Source: Eubacteriales bacterium (GTDB lineage: Bacteria > Bacillota > Clostridia > Oscillospirales > CAG-272). From it: 64,000 nucleotides of DNA. The stretch lies in assembly GCA_045536775.1 (NCBI GenBank), contig JAZSOD010000085.1, forward strand, positions 10,281 through 74,280, written 5' to 3'. Made by a program: the position numbers and the translations under genes. Positions 58,249 through 64,000 of the stretch are shown here, piece after piece; positions within the stretch are counted from its first letter, which is position 1; each line of letters begins with the position of its first letter. The notes beneath the pieces were generated by a model. That model had not been told where the DNA came from, did not search any database, and worked only from the letters and a program-made list of their open reading frames with translations.

Positions 58249-58941
58249 TTACTTTTTAACAGAAGCTTCTATTTCGGAAAGTTCTTTTTCCGTAAAATGA
58301 TCTGTTGATAATACGATAATGTAATTCATATCAGTTTCGCATTCAATGATGCAAGCATTGTCAAAAACGTATGTTTTTCCATCATCATACGAAGTGTAAG
58401 GGAAAATAAAGCCGATAGTTTCATCTTTTCGGTTGATTTCCGTAACTCCGTCTACTTTCACAATAAAACTACAGTCAACCACAGATAAAATGATTTTTTC
58501 AATATCCGAATTATCGGTTTCTTTGCTTTCTGAAGCGGTATCTCTGATTCCGTTAACCGTTTCTGATCCTGTCGTTTCGGGTGCTTCTATAGCTTCATCA
58601 GCACACTCTTCGAATGTGATCTCTTCCTCGTCAGCATACTGATATTCCTTGCTCTTTGCGTCAAGTTCTGCCGAATACTTGATTACACCGCTACCGTTCG
58701 TAACGGAGTAGGTTTCGGCACGATTTGCAGCAACGTAAACTTCATCAGCCTCCATTGCCGAATTTGCACCCATAAGAGACGGCAATATCCTGACTGCGCC
58801 GAGAATAACCACACAGAAGCATGCCGCAAGACTCGCGCATAGGTAGATCGTCTTGTTTCGTTTAGCTAAAGCGATACGTCTCGCTTTTTGACTTTCATAT
58901 TTAGCATAAACGCTATCAATAAATTCACGTTCTGTCTTCAC
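58249..58941 (-). CDS. Single-pass membrane protein, candidate anti-sigma factor
   Basis: 230 aa. It overlaps the upstream sigma gene by 17 nt. It has a short cytoplasmic N-terminus, a TM helix (IYLCASLAACFCVVILGAV) and an acidic extracytoplasmic region. No zinc anti-sigma motif is present. The call rests on position only. Confidence 0.4.
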   Translation of the reverse strand: MKTEREFIDSVYAKYESQKARRIALAKRNKTIYLCASLAACFCVVILGAVRILPSLMGANSAMEADEVYVAANRAETYSVTNGSGVIKYSAELDAKSKEYQYADEEEITFEECADEAIEAPETTGSETVNGIRDTASESKETDNSDIEKIILSVVDCSFIVKVDGVTEINRKDETIGFIFPYTSYDDGKTYVFDNACIIECETDMNYIIVLSTDHFTEKELSEIEASVKK

Positions 58942-59476
58942 GGACTACTCCCTCCTTCTCAAGCTCTTTTCTTGCCGCGGCTTTAGCGCGGTAAACAATG
59001 TTTTCGATTTGTTTAGTGGACTTCCCGAGCACCCTTCCCGCTTCAATATATGACATATCCTCTACATAAACAAGCCAAAGTGCGTTTCGGTAATCATCGT
59101 TAAGTCTGTCAAGCACCTTATATAAAGCCTTGGCCTCGTCACTTCTGATGACCCTCTCTTCAAGCGATTCCGTGTCCGCTTCTGTAGTTTCAAGACATTC
59201 ATCATCGGTCAGACGACTGTTTCGTCTGATGTGATTAATAGCTTTATTTCTTGCAATAGTAAAGAGATAGGTTTTCACAGATGAAGAAAAATTAAAGCGT
59301 TCCTTATGTATAAGCAATTCGACGAATGCGTCCTCTGCAATCTCCTCGGCAAGCGAAATTGACTGAACAAAACGCATTACAAAGAATATTAACGGTTCGC
59401 GCAACGCCTTGATAAGTTCGGTAAAAGCGTCCTCATCTCCGTCGATATAACGGCGGAACAGAACGTTTGGGTCCAT
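58925..59476 (-). CDS. ECF-type sigma-70 family RNA polymerase sigma factor
   Basis: Region 2 reads DAFTELIKALREPLIFFV...AEDAFVEL. Region 4 HTH reads MSYIEAGRVLGKSTKQIENIVYRAK. I prefer ATG 59476 (MDPNVLF...) over the track GTG at 59485. Confidence 0.8.
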   Translation of the reverse strand: MDPNVLFRRYIDGDEDAFTELIKALREPLIFFVMRFVQSISLAEEIAEDAFVELLIHKERFNFSSSVKTYLFTIARNKAINHIRRNSRLTDDECLETTEADTESLEERVIRSDEAKALYKVLDRLNDDYRNALWLVYVEDMSYIEAGRVLGKSTKQIENIVYRAKAAARKELEKEGVVREDRT

Positions 59477-59592
59477 ACGGAACACCTGCTTTCTGTAAGT
59501 TATTCGTACAAGTGTAAAAAAACACTCACTGAAATTTCAAAAGATTACTTGTTCATTGTATCACATAATTACAATAACTTCAATGGGTGCTA

Positions 59593-59620
59593 TTGCATTT
59601 GAATAAAAATATGTTATAAT
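59593..59620 (+). promoter_or_regulatory. Putative alaX promoter
   Basis: TTGCAT (59593-59598), 16 nt, TGT-TATAAT (TATAAT at 59615-59620). Confidence 0.55.
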
Positions 59621-59650
59621 AATGAAAAGAAACTATGTTGGAAGGCGCTT

Positions 59651-60805
59651 ATGAAAACACAAAAGCTATACTATAACGATGCTTATATTTCTGAATTTGA
59701 CGCTAAGGTATTATCCTGCGATAAGACAAAGGACGGCTTTTCCGTAACGCTTGACAGAACCGCCTTCTTTCCCGAAGAAGGCGGACAGTACGCCGACAGG
59801 GGAACTCTCGGTGGAATTAATGTCACAGATGTGCGTGAAAAAAGCGGAATAATCAGCCACACCCTTCCCTCTCCCTTAAAAGTAGGCGAGACGGTACACG
59901 GCATCATAGAGTTTTCTGAACGTTATGAAAAAATGCAGTGTCATACGGGAGAGCATATCGTTTCCGGAATAGTCAGACATAAACTCGGATTTAATAACGT
60001 AGGCTTTCACCTCGGATACGACGATGTCACGATCGATTATGACGGAGTTGTCAGCGACGAGTTATTACACGAGATTGAGCTTGAAGCTAATTTTGCGATT
60101 TACGAAAATATTGAGATCAAATGTGAATTTCCGAGTGATGAAGTGTTAAAGGGGCTTGATTACAGGAGCAAGCTTGAACTGACCGAAAACATAAGGATCG
60201 TAACCATTGATGGATATGACGTATGCGCATGTTGCGCTCCTCACGTCAGACGCACCGGCGAGGTCGGTATTATCAAGCTTCTTGATAAGATAAGCTACAA
60301 GGGCGGAGTAAGAATACACATGCTTTGCGGCAAGCGTGCTCTTGACGATTACGGCGCACGTTATTCCGCAACGAAAAGCATTTCTAATCTGTTATCGGTC
60401 AAGCAATGTGACGTCGTCACAGGAGTCGAAAGACTTATATCGGAAACCGACACGCTCAAGGCTCAGTTATCGATACTTAAGAAAAGTGTACTTGCCGAAA
60501 AAATTTCATCTCTAAAAAAGTCATCAAGCAATATAATCGTTTTTGAAGAAATACTTGACGCGGGCTATATGCGCGAATTTATAAATAAAGCAGTCGAATT
60601 CACCGAGGGTATTGCCGCCGCGTTTATAAAAAAAGACGATGTATCGTTCACGTATATCATAGGAAGCAAAAACTCGGACCTCAAGTCACTTTCCTCGAGG
60701 ATGCGGGAAGAACTGTGTGCACGAGGCGGAGGTAACGCCGAAATGATAAGCGGTGCAGTTGCAAAATCAAAAGATGAAATCCTTGATTTCCTAAACAAAA
60801 AGTGA
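59651..60805 (+). CDS. AlaX-L type alanyl-tRNA editing protein (AlaRS-related, no aminoacylation domain)
   Basis: TAFFPEEGGQYADRG, with zinc/editing motifs HTGEHIVSG (HxxxH) and CACCAPH (CxxxH). A C-terminal DHHA1-like part follows. Confidence 0.8.
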   Translation: MKTQKLYYNDAYISEFDAKVLSCDKTKDGFSVTLDRTAFFPEEGGQYADRGTLGGINVTDVREKSGIISHTLPSPLKVGETVHGIIEFSERYEKMQCHTGEHIVSGIVRHKLGFNNVGFHLGYDDVTIDYDGVVSDELLHEIELEANFAIYENIEIKCEFPSDEVLKGLDYRSKLELTENIRIVTIDGYDVCACCAPHVRRTGEVGIIKLLDKISYKGGVRIHMLCGKRALDDYGARYSATKSISNLLSVKQCDVVTGVERLISETDTLKAQLSILKKSVLAEKISSLKKSSSNIIVFEEILDAGYMREFINKAVEFTEGIAAAFIKKDDVSFTYIIGSKNSDLKSLSSRMREELCARGGGNAEMISGAVAKSKDEILDFLNKK

Positions 60806-60825
60806 GGCTGATGCCTCACTTTTTG
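60796..60825. terminator. Bidirectional terminator between alaX and the HAD gene
   Basis: AAAAA-AGTGAGGC-TGAT-GCCTCACT-TTTT. It overlaps the alaX stop codon. Confidence 0.8.
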
Positions 60826-61481
60826 TTTATTGAATTTACAATTTCAAGTATCTGACACGGCTTATCAACAATATAATCCGCGCCGTGCTCCACAAGCTCG
60901 TCTCTGGTCCTGAAGCCCCATAAAACGCCAACCGTTTTTACGTCGGCGTTCTTGCCCGTATCCATATCAACGCTGGTATCTCCGACGTACAGGCACTCGG
61001 ACTTATCAACGTCAAGCTCTGCAAGTACAGACAAAAGCGCATCAGGATCCGGCTTCAGCTTTACACCGTCGCGCGCTCCGTACACTCGGTCGAACTCGCC
61101 GTTAAAGCAAGCGGCGACAACGCCTCGGGTAGCATAATCGGGTTTATTGGAAACAACAGCCTGCTTTATCCCCATTTCCTTTAACGTTACTACAAGCTCA
61201 GTGATACCGTCAAAAGGTTTTGTAAAAGCAACGGGTGATTTATCATATATCTCATTATAATAAGAGAATACTTTATCGAAGTAATCGCCAACCGACACCT
61301 CTGACGCCTCGAGCATTCTCTCAATAAGCACCCTTGCGCCGTTTCCTGCATAATATTTATAATTGTTTTCGGGAAGTGATAAAAATCCGAAATGCTCAAG
61401 TGCCTTGTTTCCGTAATATGCTATAGTAGACAAAGTATCAAGCACGGTTCCGTCTACGTCATATACAACTGCTTTAATCAA
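60816..61481 (-). CDS. HAD-IA family phosphatase (phosphoglycolate phosphatase/PpaX-like)
   Basis: Motif I is VVYDVDGTVLDT. Motif II is VVSNK. Motif IV is YVGDTSVDMDTGKNA. Confidence 0.78.
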   Translation of the reverse strand: MIKAVVYDVDGTVLDTLSTIAYYGNKALEHFGFLSLPENNYKYYAGNGARVLIERMLEASEVSVGDYFDKVFSYYNEIYDKSPVAFTKPFDGITELVVTLKEMGIKQAVVSNKPDYATRGVVAACFNGEFDRVYGARDGVKLKPDPDALLSVLAELDVDKSECLYVGDTSVDMDTGKNADVKTVGVLWGFRTRDELVEHGADYIVDKPCQILEIVNSINKK

Positions 61482-61503
61482 AATTTATCTCCATTATAAC
61501 TAC

Positions 61504-62484
61504 TCAATTCTCGTCAAGCTTTTTGAGTCTTATATCTTTACCGTAAAAGCACATAACAGAAAACTCTCCAAACAAACGAGACGTTATGCGGTCAGCATAT
61601 CTGTCTCTTAAATCATTATGATTGAGGTTTGTGTTTATTATCATGGGCTTTTCTGAATTTATGCGTGAGTTTATAAGGTTATAAAGACACGAAACCGTGA
61701 AATTATTGGAAAATTCTGTGCCGAGGTCATCTATAATAAGGAGATCTGCCTCGAAATATTTTTCGGTAAGATCATCTTTGCTATCAGAATATCCTCTTGA
61801 AAACTTCTCTGTTTCAAAATCACCAAACAGATCCTGTGCAGTTGTATAAACCACGTCAAATCCTCTGTCTATTACAATCTTTGCGATAGAGGTTGACAAA
61901 TGAGTTTTGCCAAGACCGGTTGTCCCAAAAAATAGCAGGTTTTCACAGTTTTTTGAGTCGAAGCTTTCGGCATAAGCCTTGCAGTCCTCAAAAACGTCCT
62001 TCATATTATCACGTTCTTTGCCTTTTTCATAGTACTTGAGTTCAAAATTATCAAAGCTCTGTTTATCAATAAGCTTGCCTATTCCCGATGACTTATACGT
62101 TTCAAGAGCAAGGGCGCGCTTCATACAAGCGCACATTTTTCCGTTATCATCAAAGCCCTCATCCTTGCATACAGGGCAATCGTATTTAACGTCGAGATAA
62201 TCTGTGGGATAACCGTAGGTTTCAAGGAATTTCGCTCTGAACACAAGGCTCTCGTCATATTCCTTTTCAATTTCGGCAATACGCTTTTCAAGATCAATTC
62301 CTTTTTCGAGAGATGCGTAAAAAATGCGGATTCCCGCTTCATTTATTGCAAGATTTAACTGCTTTAATTCGGGGTGCTTTCTCTCAAGAGTTTTAATTCT
62401 CAATTCAAGGCTTTCAATTGCATTTCTGCGCTTTTCGGCAAATTCTTCCTTGATTTTTCTGTAATTTTCTCTGCTGTATCCCAT
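61504..62484 (-). CDS. DnaI/DnaC-like helicase loader ATPase
   Basis: N-terminal zinc motif CPVCKDEGF...CACMKR, AAA+ Walker A FFGTTGLGKTHLS, and Walker B LLIIDDLG. It sits directly downstream of a DnaD-domain gene, as in the Bacillus dnaB-dnaI pair. Confidence 0.72.
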   Translation of the reverse strand: MGYSRENYRKIKEEFAEKRRNAIESLELRIKTLERKHPELKQLNLAINEAGIRIFYASLEKGIDLEKRIAEIEKEYDESLVFRAKFLETYGYPTDYLDVKYDCPVCKDEGFDDNGKMCACMKRALALETYKSSGIGKLIDKQSFDNFELKYYEKGKERDNMKDVFEDCKAYAESFDSKNCENLLFFGTTGLGKTHLSTSIAKIVIDRGFDVVYTTAQDLFGDFETEKFSRGYSDSKDDLTEKYFEADLLIIDDLGTEFSNNFTVSCLYNLINSRINSEKPMIINTNLNHNDLRDRYADRITSRLFGEFSVMCFYGKDIRLKKLDEN

Positions 62485-62485
62485 T

Positions 62486-63493
62486 CTATTTTTCCTCTGT
62501 ATTTTTAGCGTTGCGCTTTCTCTTAGTCTTTTCTACGGCTTTGGAGAAGAAATCGTCGGTATCAAAGCCCCGACCGCTTTCGTTTTTGCTCTTTTTATAC
62601 TGATCAAGCATTTCATCAACGTCTTTTGCGGTTTTATAGCCTTTATTGTACCAAGCGTCGAGTATAGCACCCATATATGGGAAGAACGATCCCTTAATAC
62701 CTCTGTCAGCGGCTATATCATAAGCTTTCTTGATAATTTCAAACTCGTAAGAATACTCCTCAAGCCATTTTTTAAGAAGAGCCGATTCTTTCGGAGAAAG
62801 GTCTCTGTCGGCACACCCCATCATTCGACGCACCTTCACGGATTCCTCGTGACACTTTTCTTTGTTCTCTATGTATGCTGCAAGCTTATCAGGCGTGTCG
62901 ATCCCCTCGTCATAAATTGCGCAGACAGACTTTTCAATATATCTGAGCGATTTCTTTTCCATGCCCGCACAGTACGCCACGAACATTATTATGTATTCAC
63001 CCGAAAGCGCGAGCCTGTCCGCCATACCCACTATAACAGAAACGTCCGACGGAGAGAAAATCTTCCCGAGTATCTGTTGGCATTCGTCGATAACATCCTT
63101 GAGATCTTTAATCTGAGAGATCTTATCCGCCATCTCGACTTGTGTGTACTCAGGAAGCTTATCCTCGAGTTTTGTACAGTTCTTAGTATCGTGCTTAATG
63201 ACCTCGGTCTTTTTCGTTCCTTTGCTCATTTTGAGAACCTTGGCTCCGCGCCAGAAAGCAACTGCGCTTTCAAATTCTCCGCCATCAAGACCGAGAGCCT
63301 CGCTTATTCCCTCTTTACATTCATCTGTATCAACGATTCTGCCGTCTGCATAAGCGCACAAAAGCGCCAAAACCTTTACATCGTTTTCCGACGCTCCGTC
63401 GATGCTACGCAAAAGCTCCTTGAACGGCAGAAGCTTTTCGTCTTTATTGATTATTTCAATTTTCACAACGTCACCCTGCCGAACGAACGGCAA
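62486..63493 (-). CDS. DnaD-domain replication initiation/helicase-loading protein
   Basis: 335 aa. The TTG start abuts the rex stop. The DnaD/DnaB_2-like repeat reads SPKESALLKKWLEEYSYEFEIIKKAYDIAADRG. It has a basic C-terminal tail. Confidence 0.65.
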   Translation of the reverse strand: MPFVRQGDVVKIEIINKDEKLLPFKELLRSIDGASENDVKVLALLCAYADGRIVDTDECKEGISEALGLDGGEFESAVAFWRGAKVLKMSKGTKKTEVIKHDTKNCTKLEDKLPEYTQVEMADKISQIKDLKDVIDECQQILGKIFSPSDVSVIVGMADRLALSGEYIIMFVAYCAGMEKKSLRYIEKSVCAIYDEGIDTPDKLAAYIENKEKCHEESVKVRRMMGCADRDLSPKESALLKKWLEEYSYEFEIIKKAYDIAADRGIKGSFFPYMGAILDAWYNKGYKTAKDVDEMLDQYKKSKNESGRGFDTDDFFSKAVEKTKRKRNAKNTEEK

Positions 63494-64000
63494 TCAATCC
63501 TCTGCGTATTCGTTAGTTACCTTGTAGCACAAGGTCATAAGAGAGTCGCCGAGATGTACGTTCTCGGTTACAACTCCGTACTTTGTTGTATCAAGCTCAC
63601 TGCTTGTGAAATTCCATATTCCCTTGATACCGTATCTCGAAAGCTTATCAGCCGTTTCCGGAGCGGCATCGCGGGGAATCGTTATAATTGCTATGTCTAC
63701 ATTGTTCTCACGTACGTACGACTCGACTTCGTCCATAGAATATACGGGATGACCGTATTTTTCCTTCCCGATAAGCTCGGGGTTGATATCGAACAGCGCA
63801 AGAAGTCTGATTCCTCTGCGTTCAAATATAGGGCTCGACGCGAGGGCTGAACCCAAGTTTCCTGCACCAATTATTATTGCACTAAGATCACTGCTTACAC
63901 CGAGAAGCTCACCTATCTTGGTATAAAGGTGCTTTACGTTATATCCGTAGCCCTGTTGACCGAAGCCTCCGAAGCAGTTAAAATCCTGCCTTATCTGCGA
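63494..64000 (-). CDS. rex: Redox-sensing transcriptional repressor Rex (partial; N-terminus beyond the right window edge)
   Basis: My translation extends the track ORF upstream to the window edge: ...SQIRQDFNCFGGFGQQGYGYNVKHLYTKIGELLGVSSDLSAIIIGAGNLGSALASSP... The Rossmann GAGNLG and the CoA-binding-type C-terminal domain are typical of Rex. Confidence 0.85.
   Translation of the reverse strand, partial: SQIRQDFNCFGGFGQQGYGYNVKHLYTKIGELLGVSSDLSAIIIGAGNLGSALASSPIFERRGIRLLALFDINPELIGKEKYGHPVYSMDEVESYVRENNVDIAIITIPRDAAPETADKLSRYGIKGIWNFTSSELDTTKYGVVTENVHLGDSLMTLCYKVTNEYAED

Noticed and set aside
62849-63850. 333-aa + strand ORF
   Set aside because: Antisense to the dnaD-like and rex genes. It has no RBS and a low-complexity Arg/Phe/Leu-rich translation.
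1-64000. CRISPR arrays, transposases, integrons, prophage or defence-system gene clusters
   Set aside because: No periodic repeat-spacer pattern exists. No ORF carries transposase, Cas, restriction-methylase, toxin-antitoxin or phage structural motifs. Every ORF over 100 aa that is not a shadow is accounted for by a housekeeping-type assignment.

Overview
This 64-kb window looks like chromosomal core DNA from a low-GC Firmicute. The proteins look Clostridia / Oscillospiraceae-like, but that taxon call is only an impression from the sequences. Nearly all of it is tightly packed housekeeping genes.

Main gene blocks, left to right:
- Aspartate kinase (partial), a VanY-like peptidase, mrp, dapA, queA and miaA.
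- The distal cell-division cluster: yggS, sepF, yggT, ylmH, divIVA, lspA, rluD.
- A XerC/D-type recombinase.
- yybS, gdpP, rplI, dnaB, then tilS, hpt, ftsH, then nrdR.
- On the opposite strand: rimP, nusA, ylxR, ylxQ, infB.
- A maltodextrin/glycogen locus: ABC transporter, malQ, glgP.
- tig, clpP, clpX.
- A long terminator-free gene train: secA, ylqF, rnhB, yraN, dipeptidase, thrC, phosphoesterase.
- pepD, putP, an SDR gene, tRNA-Arg(TCT) and tRNA-His(GTG), an ECF sigma pair, alaX, a HAD gene, the dnaD-like/dnaI-like loader pair, and rex (partial).

I found no CRISPR array, transposase, prophage or obvious defence island.

The most unusual item is a complete T-box leader at about 54645-54952 on the minus strand. 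It has a promoter, Stem I, a T-box sequence, and mutually exclusive antiterminator and terminator helices. It controls a single 764-aa fusion protein (XRE HTH + cupin + medium-chain acyl-CoA-synthetase-type adenylating enzyme), not an aminoacyl-tRNA synthetase, biosynthesis or transporter gene.

Secondary oddities:
- A lysine/threonine/alanine-rich triple-repeat tail on trigger factor.
- A VanY-like protein with a degenerate ExxH motif.
- Two heavily structured intergenic regions (queA-miaA and the tRNA trailer).
- A long unexplained leader before nrdR.
- A terminator-like hairpin in the rimP-nusA leader.
- A sharp coding-strand switch at about 25.95 kb.

The ORF track uses the longest ATG/GTG/TTG ORF. 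Several starts were therefore moved to internal start codons with better ribosome-binding sites. Everything here comes from reading the sequence by eye. No database searches or computations were run.
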